The notes: generated by a model not told the origin, from the sequence alone. DNA of 63,438 bases, filler included, from Porpidia crustulata (GCA_964255105.1; 8 parts of 8 records of this genome joined end to end with filler, not necessarily neighbours in it); one strand, 5' to 3'. Shown: positions 10,621 to 24,618, counted from the whole stretch's first letter. Numbers and translations: made by a program.

Positions 10621-13600
10621 ATGGCAAGCATCAATGGTGGCCATGTTGACGGCATGGCTCAGCCTAGCAGTTTTGCAGAAGCAGAACAGGTATACTATAT
10701 CAATATTAATGACATTGGTCTTTATCACTAACTCAGAAATGGTACTATATAGCTTATCCAAAAGCTCTATTCTCCAGGGCCGCCTCAAGAAATTTTCAGG
10801 ATTCAAAAAGTCTTACAAGGACTGCAGAGATCACAGGAGGGTTGGCAATTCGCAGACGTACTTCTGCAAAGCCTAGATGATAAAGTGCGATTCTTTGGCG
10901 CTTTGACCTTTAATATTAAGATCAATCATGACTGGCAAGGACTCATGCTCCAAGCACTGGACCGCGAGTTAACTTCCAGTCTAGGGATTCTCTGGGTGAT
11001 GAAGATGCAGCCCTGCTCCTGGATAGGCTTTTACTATGGCTCACCCGACTCGTGAACGCGGGAGAGGGTTCATTGGTTGTGAAAAAGCTTTGCTCCTCCT
11101 TGAGCGCCTATTTTCTGCGACCTTCAATCACATGGGAGCATTGTATACGACATGTCATAAGCTGCTTCAGCTTAGGAGATGTTGTTCCTCAAGAGTTCCT
11201 GTCTCAACAACCGCCAACCACTCATTTAGTAGCCCATTTGAGTAGACTGCATCGTATTACCACAGTTTGGTTTTGCACAAGCCTTATTGAAGAAGTTGGA
11301 AAAACCAGCCCTTCCAGCATACAAACGTATGGAATTTTCCGCTAATTAGGACTCCCTTATTCCGTGCATTTGCAAAGGTCAAATCTAACGATCGAAACTT
11401 TTAGACACAAATATCATGAAAGGGTATCCTCCAACCTTGACGATACGGTCTTACTTTTGCAACATTGTATGGATATTCAATCGACTAGCGACGTCAAGCT
11501 GGCCGAAGAGGGAATCAAATGCTTACAAGTAAGCCGAGTTCTAGTCTTCGACTACCAATGATATTGTTGATAATTCTTAGTCCTGGGTGATGTACGCACA
11601 TCGAGCATGGATCGATAAAGCTATGGAGCTGGAGCCGCTCAGATTACTTACGCCACAGGTACTGAAAGCATTCAGTGTTGAGGGGTTACTTGATGTGATA
11701 GTAGAATTCTTTGCAGACATTTTGACGAATTTTCCAGCATTTTTTACAGCCAACGACTTCAAGTCGTTGGCTGAAATTCTTTCAAGTCCTTCGGCTCAGT
11801 CTTACCTTTCCACCTTGCAAGATGGGAACTTTGATCCAGAGGCAATGGCCTTTGCAAGAATGCTATTGTCATATGGTGATGCAGTAGTCCACGATCTTGC
11901 GCAGGACCTTGAAGATCCTTCGTCTCGACTCATTCTCCGTCAACTCCTTGAACTGCTCAAGTGCGAAGGATATGCTGGAGTTGAGGACGAAATATGTAGC
12001 CAAACGCTCGAGTTTTGGCAGACATACACAGAATTCGTCATCGATTCACTGTTCGGTGCTGAAGAGCAACTGACACCATGGACGGAGCATGCCCGGCAAT
12101 ATGTCATGGAGGTCATCGAGGCGTGTTGGACCAAGATACGATTGCCCCCAACCGAGATATTGACATCAACATGGGATTCAGATGCCAGAATAAACTTCAA
12201 AGCCTTCAGAGCCGATGTGGAAGATTTACTTCAATCCTCATACACTCTCCTCGGCGTTAGCATTTTTAAGCGTTTCGCCAATCTTGCACTGGAGTCCCTC
12301 GGCAGCAGCGCTTGGCTCCATCTTGAAGCGACTCTCTTCTGTGTCAACGCACTTTCCGATTGTATCGCTGATGAAGATTCTATTGACAGCATTCTCTTGG
12401 AGCTATTTGCCTCTTCTTTGTTTGCAGACATGGCGGGCCAATCGTCTATACCTCCCAAAACACGACAAACGGCTATGGACATGGTCACTAAATATACCTC
12501 CTTCTTTGAAAGACACACCGAATACTTACCCTCCGCATTAAATTTCCTGTTCGAATCTCTCAAGACCCCTACGTTGACTGACGTGGCAGCAAAGGCAATA
12601 TACTCAACCTGCTCGTCCTGCCGCAAAAGACTAGTTGGCGACCTTGACGCCTTCTTACGACAGTACAACAGCCTACTGATTTGGGAAGGTTTTGAAAGCA
12701 GTACCAAGGAAAAAGTCTTAGGTGCTATTTCGGCCATAATTCAAGCCCTTCCCTCTGAGGAAGAAAAGCTGGTTCCCCTATTTACTTTACTAAGTTCTGT
12801 CGAATTCGACGTTCAAAGATGCGTTCACTCACTGTCAGTCGGCAAAGCTGAAGGGGGACAAGTGGCTGGCTTGTGTGCGTTGAAATCCTTGGTTAGCATG
12901 GGAAAAGCTTTACAAGTGCCTGACGACATTGTTATTGATCTCGAATCTGAAGCTCCGCAGACATTAGTTTGGACCACCGAGAATGGAGGATTTTTGCAAG
13001 CCAAGATAGTAAAATGCTTGGCGACAGTGACGAGCTTGCTGAAGTGGGATGGCGATGTTATGGAAGCAGGCTGCCAAATTCTACGAGCCGGCTATAAGGA
13101 AAGCGCCCCAGGACCGTTTGTATTTCCATCCAAAGTAACGACCGATTTTGTAATTACCAGTTCTTTCGGGACCGCACGATTGGATTACATCCTGGATACT
13201 GCTGGTGCTATGCTCAACAGTTATGCACTAGAGTCAGAGAATGATATGAAAAACGCCGCCTCATCAATCCTGGTACATCTCCTAAGTTTGATTCGCAGCA
13301 TGGAAGGTAATTCACAAAAACATCAAATACCTGTCGAAAAATGCTTATTTGTGTATTTATCTAGGGAACCCCATGATGGATCCGGAGGTTGCATCGAGCA
13401 GCGTTGAACTTGCAAATAAGATGATTCCTCGCTACCTTGATGTATTTTTATATCCGCAATGCATCGATTCAATAAAAACACTCTTCGAATTTGCTCTCGG
13501 CTGCTTGGATGCCAACGAGATAATGCCGAAACGAGCTGCAGCTCACTTCTGGGTAAGTATTTATACCATTGTCTAGGACACTCATCTCGCTTACATACAA

Positions 13601-14022
13601 CTATAGGCGTCTTTCGTGCAGAAGCATGAACTTTCAAAACCAACAGAGATAATGGTGCGTGATGCGATGAACGAGTATGGTCCGAGACTCAGTCATGCGC
13701 TGGTGCAAAACATTGGCGGCGATGCCGCTCGGAGTGAACTTGACACACTTGCAGAACCTCTAAAGAAATTAATTACAGCGCAACCGGAGGCAAAGATGTG
13801 GTTGTCAGATGCTCTTGATAATAGTGCCTTTCCAAGTCAAAACGTTGATTCGGCCGATAAAACAGTATGGTTACAGAAGATAATGAAGTAGGTCTGTGTA
13901 CATATTATGGCGGATCTTGACTAATACGAAAATGAAGATTAAGGGGTGCCAGACGGACAAATCAAGTGGTCAAAGACTTTTGGATGAAGTGTCGAGGGAC
14001 TAACTTTTCATACACGTCTTGA
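10621..14022 (+). CDS. Importin-beta family karyopherin, importin-13/Kap122-like
   Basis: About 8 exons. N-terminal LQRSQEGWQFADVLL..VRFFGALTF (IBN_N-like), helical HEAT-like body with FKAFRADVEDLLQ and LEATLFCVNAL, C-terminus VVKDFWMKCRGTNFSYTS*. Includes a GC-AG intron at 10935-10984. Confidence 0.78.
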
Positions 14023-14148
14023 AGAGATTTAGACAAGATGAGACAGGCTTTGATCGAAGACAAAGTCGCTACCTACTGTACATTAGGGGACGCATAGCAA
14101 CGGCGCTGTTTCCAATTCTATGAGTATCAGTCTACGCAAGACATCTAT

Positions 14149-14770
14149 TCAAAATTCCGCCAGCGACGCCAACATGAACGTGGCGCCAAAACTCAATTTA
14201 AAGGCCGCGTTATCTTCGATTGCAGACCGTAAGTTTATACCTTTCACATAACGCTGAATTCTATCTGTGGGTAAGATATTTATTCCTCTCGAAGCCGCGA
14301 ACTTTGACCAGTACCATCAGCATTCGTCCCCCACGGTTTTGTGGAACAAGAGTGAAATCGGGAAAGTCCGTACCTGCACTCCAAACACTAATAGGCCAAA
14401 TAGCAATGCTAGCGTTTTGGAAAAGGTACTGACAGCCACTCCTCCAAGTAACCCTGTGAACGCAGTCAGCCGCCTCAATTGTAGTCCCATCAACGTCATC
14501 ATGCAATAGCAGCTATCGGGTACCTATTATGCTCCCTGCGCTTATCTGCCGGTACGCCGCCGGATTCGGTCTCCCGTTCTTGAATACAGGCACTTTTGCT
14601 TCCTCGGTATATGTCCTAAATGTGTCTTGTACGTGAGCAGCAGGTGAGGTATCGCAAAGTAGAGGTTGCCGTAATGAGTGGACTTGATATGATGCGAAGG
14701 CAGCTGTTATTCCGAGGCCGAGCGCCAATGGGGAGCGGAGGGTGGGCCGCAGGAGAAGCGAGAACGACAT
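14149..14770 (-). CDS. FUN14-family mitochondrial membrane protein
   Basis: Three exons: Arg/Leu/Ser-rich presequence-like N-terminus, YRQISAGSIIG / LLGGVAVSTFSKTLALLFGLLVFGVQ, and C-terminal DNAAFKLSFGATFMLASLAEF*. Confidence 0.75.
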
Positions 14771-15376
14771 TGTGGGGTCTAATATTTTTGATTGAGATGG
14801 TTAGAGGTGTTGGGTTGTGTTTATCGTCTCCAATAGAATAAGAATCCTAACAGACAGCTATATTACACTTTCTATGTACGTAGTGATTTCCAAGTTAATG
14901 CTTAAGACGATAACATCCCGCATTTATGCAGCTAAACCGTATCTGGCTGATGCAGAGATTAGATAACTTTAGATCGCCAAGGGCCTCGGCGTTTGGCCTC
15001 GGCGTTTGGCGGGGCGAAATCGGATGTCGAGATCTCAGTCAAGAGTCATACTACAATTGCATTCTGGACCAAGAATTCCATTTTTTTTTTCTTCCATCAT
15101 CAGTCAGTTGCATTTGAATATCCTCAAATCTTTTGTAGTCTTGCTTCCTCACTTTTAAAGACTTTCTTTTCCCTCATTGCATACTAGACATACTAATCTT
15201 TGGAGACCCTAAGCATTAGAAGTTCATTGTCCACGCCACCAAAAGTTTTGAGCGTTTTACAAAAAGCAATTGACGAGCAAATACGAAGGCTATTAGTATC
15301 TTGTACAGCTGTAAGAAGACATTAAAGTAGACACATCTACTATAGTATTCATATAGACCGTCACTTAGAAATCATC

Positions 15377-15834
15377 ATGACGAACGACACATCCACCAAT
15401 GGTAGCGGCCCCACCACCAATGGAGAGAGCAGGAAGGGCGCAACAAACTTTACGGTCAAGGCCGGCCTGGCAAAGATGATGAAGGGGGGCGTCATCATGG
15501 ACGTGGTTGATGCCGAGCAGGTACGCATTGCAACTACTTTTCCCACGTCGTCGAGATCTTCCTGACCAGACATAGGCAAGAATAGCTGAAGAGGCAGGCG
15601 CCTGCGCCGTCATGGCTCTCGAGCGTGTCCCGGCAGACATCAGAGCCCAAGGAGGCGTAGCCCGCATGTCCGATCCCAAAATGATCAAGGAGATTATGGA
15701 GACCGTCACCATACCCGTCATGGCCAAAGCAAGGATAGGACATTTTGTTGAATGCCAGGTACGTCGTGGCTATTTACAACATCCATCCCCCAGAATAGAC
15801 GATACCCGATTGCTAACCCTGTACCACACAGATA
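15377..15834 (+). CDS. PDX1: Pyridoxal 5'-phosphate synthase subunit, truncated by contig end
   Basis: [18 protein letters not shown] and [39 protein letters not shown] (SNZ1/pyroA family); two introns. Confidence 0.95.
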
Positions 15835-15934
15835 NNNNNNNNNNNNNNNNNNNNNNNNNNNNNNNNNNNNNNNNNNNNTTAATTAATTAANNNNNNNNNN
15901 NNNNNNNNNNNNNNNNNNNNNNNNNNNNNNNNNN
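15835..15934. other. Artificial contig spacer
   Basis: Same 100-bp N/TTAATTAATTAA linker. Confidence 0.99.
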
Positions 15935-16408
15935 GTGGTGGCCGTGGGAGTTTGAGGAAAGTGTGAGGAAGGTGACGAAGGTGGGGTTGGAAGACGGGGG
16001 CGAGAATTAAAGGTTTACGCATTCGATGTCAAGGACTCGAAAGAGAGCTTGTTCGTCATGAGCTGGTCAATTGAATAACGATAATTGATATCAGATGCAT
16101 CAGCGAATGACTCACACATGGATATGATTACTTCAACAAGTATCTTACAACACCGAACTTCTATTTAAAAATACAGAGCATCGCCAGCTTGGCAGCCTTG
16201 GAGCCCACAGGAGTGAACCGAGATAAGACATGACATGCCTTTTCCATTGACACCGCGAGACATCGTAAACCTCTAAACAATGAATCGTAGCCACTCAGCA
16301 TACAATTGTAACGCCGTTGACTGCTCGAACGCATGGAAAACGCACAACAGTCCCTTCTCAAACAAATTCCGCCTGAATGTATCAAAGCAACGTGCAAAAG
16401 CCTGTAGA

Positions 16409-18338
16409 TCAAGTGCCCTTACCAGAGTCTTCCTTTAGACTAACGATGCGATTGAGTACAATCTTGTCGTCCTTGCTGTCCTTGTCCACGGCGAAGTAAG
16501 CCACCCTGAGCCCCTGAAATCTCACGCTCTCGGGCCTTGCGTTTTGATTCTCAATGCCCTTCTCCCCTTCTTCCTCAGGCCATGGCGCCCTCTTTCTCAC
16601 CTCGTCTAAGCCCGTCTCGATCATGGCATTAGGATATATCTCTTCACTATTGGGGTTCACGTCATTCATAAAACCGCCTTCTGCGCAATCTGGATTCTCA
16701 GACTTGAACAACGGGCTAAATACCCGGACTTCGGCCTTAATGGGTGATTTATGCTCTGGCGAGGAAGCCACCCATTGAATGTACGTTTTTGGCTTCTTAA
16801 AGGCGGCACCTTCTTCGGGTTTCTCATAATTCGCGTGTACGGCTGTGACAAGGCCGGTAGGCTCGTCTTTATCGAACGAGGTGGCTTTAATAGGAAACGG
16901 TACTTTAAGTAAACCTACTGCTTTTCCGGGTGCTAAGCGAAAGTAGTCTTTACTATCAACTTCGCGAAAGTCACTCCGGTCGATGTAGACCATTTTAGTG
17001 AATGAAACGGTATGGTTTCCCATAGAGGGATCTTTGGGTGAAAATGGTAGCTCTATCTCCTCCAGAAAAGTGTCGGGGACATTATCAATGATGACCGGTA
17101 TGGGATCGAGGACCAGCATCAGGCGCGGGACGGTTTGCTCAAGGTATCGACGAACAGAATTATCGAAACGCGATATTTGGATATTGGTAAGCGCGGTAGA
17201 AACTCCGAGCTCGTTGATAAAGGAAAGGATGGCCCCTGGTGGAACTCCTCTTCGACGAAGAGCAACGAGGGTAAAAAGTCGAGGATCGTCCCAATCACGG
17301 ACTATCTTCTCGTCTACTAGTTTAGCAATCTTCCGCTTCGAAAGTACTGTGCCGGTAACGTTAAGTCGCCCATATCTAGATGAAGGGTCAACACCTGTCA
17401 TCAGTTGAAGCTTCATATACATACTCTCTTTGCATGGGTTTGTACACCTGAACGGCATCGCACAGCCACTCATAGGACACTCGCGACAATTGGAACTCAG
17501 TCGTGCATAGTGAATGTGATATGTCCTCAAAGCTATCGCAAAGACAGTGCGTGAAGTCATAGGTCGGGTATATCCTCCATTTATTGCCTGTGCGATGATG
17601 CTCCTTGTCTAATATCCGATACGCAGCTAGGTCCCACATTTGGGGGTTTCCATCCTCTATGTTTTGCTTCATCCGTAGGAAAGCCTCCCGTGGTTTGTAC
17701 TTCCCATCTCGCATTGCTCTGAATTCCGTGAGTGACTCCTCAAAAGGTCGGTTACGGTGAAGACAGGCGTATCGAGGTCCATTCTTCTCTCCTCCTTTTT
17801 GGAGCTTGATTTCTGTATCGGAGCAATGACAGACATAAGCGCCATCCCTGTTGATCAACTCTTCTGCTAATTTATAGAGCGTGTCGAAATTGTCGCTTGA
17901 ATATGTTACTTTGTATGGCCTGAAGCCCAGCCATGATATTATTTCTTCGATGGCTGTAAAGTATTTCTCTTCCTCCTTTTCCGGGTTGGTATCGTCAAAC
18001 CTGAGGTAGCAGACGCCTTTGTGATATCGCGCGAAGCCAAAATTTATAGCAATTGCCTTACTGTGACCGATGTGCAGATAGCCATTGGGCTCAGGGGGAA
18101 ACCGAGTAATGATCTTGTCAGATGGCTTCTCACTGTAAACTGACTTGAGGAAGCCCTCCTTGAACATTGAATTTGGGTCAACAGGAGCTGCAGGCGCATT
18201 GGGGGGTTTCTCTTTCTTTGGCGCTGGGGGTTTTGGTTCTCTGGCAGGTTTGGGTATTTTAGATTGTTTCTGGGCCTTCGAAACCTCCTTCACTCCGACT
18301 TCTTTGGGACGCTCAGGCAATGATACACTGGATTCCAT
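16409..18338 (-). CDS. GLN4: Glutaminyl-tRNA synthetase
   Basis: [15 protein letters not shown] (HIGH), [33 protein letters not shown]. One intron 17424-17376 joins the two ORFs. Confidence 0.95.
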
Positions 18339-18628
18339 GATCGATTTGAGATATTGTTTTCGCTGTACTTGTGAGTCAGTAGGAGAGTAACTTTACCCGC
18401 TCACAGCATCTTTTTAATAGCCGGTCACCGTACGGAGATATGTTTTGCCGAAACGCATTGTCATGGGAATTTCTTCGGTTTAAAGATACATTTCCCTATC
18501 TGCAAGCTACCGCTGACTTGTCAATGGAGAATATCTACGTGGGGCCTCTTTCGGTGTATCAAGATTCCCCAGGACCTGCAACATAAGGTGCCTGCTTCCT
18601 AGGCCTACGCCGATCTCCAGCCGTCCTG

Positions 18629-21600
18629 ATGTGAGTAATATAGATTTCATCTTGAGACCCCAAACTAATAGACTTCATAGGCCGCCCCTCGTGAGAAATC
18701 CCCAGATACAGTCGGCAACACTACACAATCCCTTACCTATTTATTTACACACATATATTTGGCCTTTCTTATTTATATGGCCGGTCTTCTTTGCCTTCTA
18801 TTTATCCGAAGAACGATATGAAAAGTATATTGCCGGTTCAGAGTGGACGTTTGTCTGGGCAGGCTCGATAATCACCGTGCAATCTTTGACATGGCTATCG
18901 ACTAAATGGAACGTCAATGTCGACTCATTATTTACTTCGACCGCGGCTAGGGACGTTCCCACCGCACAGCTGATCAAGGTTATACCTGTCACCAATGCGG
19001 GATCCTCGGAAATTTGTCGGATAATTAGGGATACTGTAGGCGCTCTGAAAAATCATAATCAAATTAATGCTCACCAGAACACAGGTCGGCGGCAAAAAGA
19101 ACATCTCATTTCTCTTCCAAAAGAGACGCTTCCTCTACGATTATGAGTCTGGATCCTTTGCGCCTCTGGAGTACAAGATCGATATAGAGCCTAGGCCTAC
19201 AATCGATAACTTTCAAAAATCATGCGGTTTGACTTCCGAAGCAGAGATTGAACGGATTCAACAGCACTATGGCGACAATACCTTTGATATCCCAGTACCG
19301 ACATTCACGGAATTGTGGAAAGAACATGCGGTTGCCCCATTCTTTGTGTTCCAGATGTTTTGTGTTGGACTATGGCTCCTCGACGACTATTGGTATTACT
19401 CCCTCTTTACTTTGTTCATGTTGGTTGGTTTCGAGAGCACTGTGGTTTGGCAAAGGCAGAGGACCCTAAACGAGTTCCGAGGGATGAGCATCCAACCATA
19501 TGATATCTGGGTCTACCGGCAGCATACATGGGAGCAAATAACGAGCGATAAACTTCTTCCCGGAGATTTCGTGTCGGTCGGCAGGACAAAAGAGGATAGT
19601 GGGGTTGCTTGTGACATGCTGCTCGTCGAAGGCACCGCTATTGTCAATGAAGCCATGCTGTCTGGAGAAAGCACGCCACTGCTCAAAGACTCGATTCAGC
19701 TTCGTCCGGCAGACGCTCCCATTGACCCGGAGGGTCTGGACAAGAACGCTTTCATTTATGGTGGTACCAAAGTTCTTCAGGTCACTCATAGCAGTGCGAG
19801 CGAGGAAGCACCTGAGAGCGTACCAGCTCTATCTTCCGGTGTCAGTCCCTCTCCGGATAATGGTGCAATGGCCGTTATCGTCAAGACCGGATTTGAAACA
19901 AGTCAAGGTAGCCTGGTCCGTACCATGATCTACTCGACCGAAAGAGTATCAGCGAATAACGTTGAGGCACTATTGTTCATCCTTTTTCTGCTCATTTTTG
20001 CAATCGCTGCCTCCTGGTACGTGTGGCAAGAAGGTGTAAAAAATGATCGCAAACGCTCAAAGCTTCTTCTTGACTGTGTATTGATTGTTACGAGTGTCGT
20101 TCCACCTGAGCTTCCCATGGAATTGAGTCTCGCTGTCAATACCAGTCTTGCCGCTCTGAGTAAATATGCAATTTTCTGTACTGAGCCATTCCGAATACCA
20201 TACGCCGGAAGAGTGGACATTGCTTGTTTTGATAAAACAGGTACCTTGACCGGAGAAGACCTGGTTGTAGATGGTATCGCTGGGCTATCGCTAGGGATTT
20301 CCAGCAACTCCAGGGTTGAGAAAGATGGTGCCCATTCCGAAGTGATGCCAGTGACAAGCGTTGGGCTGCAGACTACATTGGTGCTTGCTACTGCGCATGC
20401 CTTAGTAAAGCTAGATGAAGGGGAGATAGTTGGTGATCCCATGGAGAAAGCAACCTTACATTCTCTAGGCTGGACGCTCGGCAGAAATGATACGCTGACC
20501 GGAAGATCTACGATTGGAAGTAGGGGTGCTGCGGATATTGTTCAGATCAAACGACGCTTTCAATTCTCTTCATCGTTGAAACGGCAAAGTTCAATCGCTA
20601 CTGTTGTGACTACCGATCAGTCAACCGGAAGGAAAATTCGAGGGACCTTCGTAGGAGTCAAAGGAGCACCGGAGACGATCCGAAATATGTTGATCAAGAC
20701 GCCACCAAACTACGAAGAAACCTTCAAGTATTTCACGAGAAATGGAGGTAGAGTCCTAGCACTCGGATATCGGTATCTTTCAACAGACTCGGAGCTTGGT
20801 CAAACTCGGATCAACAACCTGAAGCGGGAAGACGTTGAAGCTGATCTAACTTTTGCTGGTTTCTTGGTTTTACAATGTCCCCTCAAAGACGATGCAAAGA
20901 GTTCGGTTCGTATGCTTAACGAAAGCAGTCATCGAGTTGTCATGATAACTGGCGATAACGCCTTGACAGCCGTCCACGTAGCTCGCCAAGTCGAAATTGT
21001 TGACCGCGAGGTCCTGATCCTTGACGGCCCTGAGCACGATAACAGTGGCGAGAAACTCGTTTGGAAGAGCGTCGACGAGAAGGTGAATATCCCCGTTGAT
21101 CCCAGTAAGTCCTTGGACCCAAAGATACTACGGAATAACGACCTTTGTATTACTGGATATGCATTGTCGAAGTACAAAAATAGAGATGCACTTAAAGATT
21201 TACTTCGCCATACATGGGTCTACGCTCGAGTATCGCCAAAGCAAAAGGAAGAGATCCTGATTGGCCTTAAAGATGCTGGATACACGACGCTCATGTGTGG
21301 CGACGGCACTAACGATGTTGGTGCCTTGAAACAAGCGCACATTGGTGTAGCTCTACTCAATGGATCCCAGGATGATCTGAACAAGATCGCGGAGCACTAC
21401 AGGACTCAGAAGATGAAGGAGATATACGAAAAGCAGGTTGGACTAATGAAACGATTCAATCAGCCCACACCACCCGTACCTATACAGATTGCTCATATAT
21501 ACCCGCCTGGCCCAACAAATCCTCATTTCGAGAAAGCCATGTTGCAGCAAGCAGAAAGAAAGGGCGGTGCAAGTGCAGTTACAGCGCAGCCAGAAGCTAC

Positions 21601-22684
21601 AAGCAAGCCGAACGGGGCTCCCACTGCTACCTCGCCCGGTGCCCAAGCTCTTCAAGAGTCGAACGGGGACCTTACGCCCAAGCAAAAGAAACAGCTAGAA
21701 GCCCAGCAAAAGGCTGCGGGTATTGCGGACAAATTTACTCAGTCACTAATGGAGCAAGAATTAGACGAAACTGAACCTCCTAAAATCAAATTAGGCGATG
21801 CTTCCGTCGCCGCTCCCTTCACAAGCAAGCTGGCGAACGTCGTTGCTATCCCAAACATCATTCGGCAGGGCCGTTGTACTTTGGTAGCAACGATCCAGAT
21901 GTACAAAATTTTGGCATTAAATTGCCTGATTAGCGCCTACAGTTTGAGCGTTCTCTATCTGGAGGGCATTAAATTTGGAGATGGACAGGTGACCATCAGC
22001 GGAATGCTTATGAGCGTCTGCTTCCTGTCCATCTCAAGAGCAAAGGTATGTGCAGTCTTCCCACCGTCAGACTTCACTCTGACATTGTTTTAGTCTGTTG
22101 AAGGATTATCGAAAGAGCGACCTCAACCCAATATCTTTAATCCCTACATTATCGGCTCAGTGTTGGGACAATTTGCAATTCACATTGCTACTCTTATTTA
22201 CATCTCGAGATATGTTGAACAAATCGAACCACGCAGTGAAAAGGTCGATCTCGAGGGAGAATTTGCACCATCTCTTCTAAACAGCGCAGTGTACCTCCTG
22301 CAGCTCATCCAACAAATTTCAACATTTGCCATCAATTATCAAGGGCGACCTTTCCGGGAAGGCATACGAGAAAACCGCGGCATGTTCTGGGGCATTGTGC
22401 TCGTGGCCGGCGTGGCATTCTCCTGCTCCACCGAATTCGTCCCCGAACTCAACGAGAAGATGAAACTGGTCCCCTTCACTTCCGCCTTCAAGATGACAAT
22501 GACAACGGTCATGCTTGTCGACTACGTTGGCTGTTACGTCGTTGAACAGGTACTCAAGCAGGCTTTCAGCGACTTCCGACCCAAAGATATTGCATTGAGG
22601 AGGCCCGACCAGTTGAAGGTGGAGGAGGAGCGGATCGCGCGGGAGAGGGCCGCGGAATTAGAGGCGAAAATGAAGGCGGAGTAG
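18629..22684 (+). CDS. SPF1: P5A-type ATPase (ER transmembrane helix dislocase)
   Basis: PPELPMEL, CFDKTGTLT, LSGES, MITGD, MCGDGTNDVGALK motifs. Exons 18629-18630, 18681-19035, 19085-22045, 22093-22684; the start ATG is split by intron 1. Confidence 0.95.
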
Positions 22685-23299
22685 GTTGGGTAATAGAGGG
22701 TTTTGTATTATGTTTGTTTATACTCGATAATTCTAGACAGGAAACCTTTTTTCGCAGGAGGGTCTATTATGGAGGCATCTTGACGCTTGTTCGTGACATG
22801 AAGCAAGGCATCTGTGGGACGCCGGTGGTCAGTGTCGTTGATGGCGAACATGTGTCCCATTCGTTATTTCAATCTCGAGGTTGAAGAAAAGCGCAGAGCA
22901 TCCTTGCGTTCCTTAGTCCGTCCATTGCAATTCTCTCTCCACGTCTCCCAAACTACTGTCTGAACATTTCTTTCATCGTTCTTCTTGACCGCTATCTCAT
23001 AGATTCCAAACGTCTTAACATCAGGATCGCATTTCAAGCCTAACCATCTCATCGAGTTCTCATTTTTCAAGTCGGGAGTCACCATGCTTTGTGGATTATT
23101 CACTTCTTGTTTCGATTGAGGTTTTTCCAAATGACCTTGCGTACGGGTTCAATGTTGATGGTGATAGATTGGTTGATTATCTAAGATCACTTTGTTTGGT
23201 AGGTTCAAGGGTATGATCGAATATCTTCTTTCTTCGCCACGAAGATCACGCTCGTCAAAATTCCCAATCGAACCCATCTCCCTCTACTTACAATCTCTC

Positions 23300-23327
23300 A
23301 TCTTCATCTTCATCTTCATCTTCATCT
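23300..23327 (+). repeat. (ATCTTC)n microsatellite
   Basis: About four tandem ATCTTC units. Confidence 0.8.
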
Positions 23328-23786
23328 CCTCACTCACCCACCATAAAATCAAACACCCTCACATCATCATTTCCATCCGCATTTCCAAACCTAACGATCG
23401 ACGTCAGGAATAAATACCATCTTCCAATATCGTAGAGATGATTTTACGATTCCACGACAAATCACAACATATCAAGGATAAATAAACCAGGTCTATCTCA
23501 GGCTATATATACACATATCTACGGCGAATTAGACATCTACATCCTATCGATCCCAAGCGCCCCCATGCGTATATCAAAAGCCATTTATTGCACCACCAAA
23601 GCGAGATATTCCCCGTCCAAAGAAATTAAAAAAAAAAATGGTGCAATGATTGACTTTTTTTAACACCACCCTGATGAATTGGAGTGAAGAAGGATGGGAT
23701 TTGTAAATTACTGGGGAGAGAGAGGGGGGTGGGATGGATTGAAAGTATTCCTGTGGTAGTGATCTATATACATTATATACACCCCG

Positions 23787-23886
23787 NNNNNNNNNNNNNN
23801 NNNNNNNNNNNNNNNNNNNNNNNNNNNNNNTTAATTAATTAANNNNNNNNNNNNNNNNNNNNNNNNNNNNNNNNNNNNNNNNNNNN
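23787..23886. other. Artificial contig spacer
   Basis: Same 100-bp linker. Confidence 0.99.
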
Positions 23887-23904
23887 TACAACGGCGTGAC
23901 TTAC

Positions 23905-24618
23905 GTCGATTCGGAAATAGCTATGAAACAAGACCTGGAAGTCGTAGCTCGTATCCCCTGTGTTCCGTATGACAAGGCTCGTCTCCAGGTCTTCACTGCT
24001 CAACGACACGGAATACGTCAGAGCAAATGGATAATCCCATTTTGCATCCCCAATCTGACTATTTGACAGACCAAAGTCGAGCTTGACAGAGGAATCACCA
24101 CTTCCTTTGGAAAGAGCCGAGGACTCGGAAGAGGATTTGCCGAGATATTCCCAACGGGAAGTACGGGCAAAACCGTGTTGTGGTAATTGGCCGGTTGGGT
24201 GGTCTTTGTCAGGTGGACCAAAGTTCTGAAGAATACATCATTAGTCAATCGCTCGGGTGTTTCAAGATCGATCAAATGTGTATCGAGTGTGAATCGAAAG
24301 AACGTTGGGGTTCTAAAGGTTTCATTGTTCTTGGGCAGTACACACTGGAAACACCAGAGGAATGCCACCCCTCACGGGCTTGGAACCATCGAGGTGAGCC
24401 TTCTCGCTCAAGAACAGGTTCTCTTTGCCATTTGCAAATTTCCACGAGATGACAGTAGCGCCATACAACAAGACCTCGACCTTTTCACCGGTAGGTAGAT
24501 TGGCAGTGACTCGAGAATTGTCTTCTGAGATGGAAACCTGAGGGGTAGGAGCAATGGGCGAGACAGGAATTGCGGATGGTTTTTTGGAGCGGTCCATACT
24601 CTGTTTCTTGGTGTCCAT
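23905..24618 (-). CDS. Glucose-6-phosphate 1-epimerase (hexose-6-phosphate mutarotase, YMR099C-like), truncated by contig edge
   Basis: VLLYGATVISWK..ENLFLSEKAHLDGSKPVRGGIPLVFP, HGFARTSRW and FQVLFHSYF aldose-1-epimerase family motifs. Confidence 0.88.
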
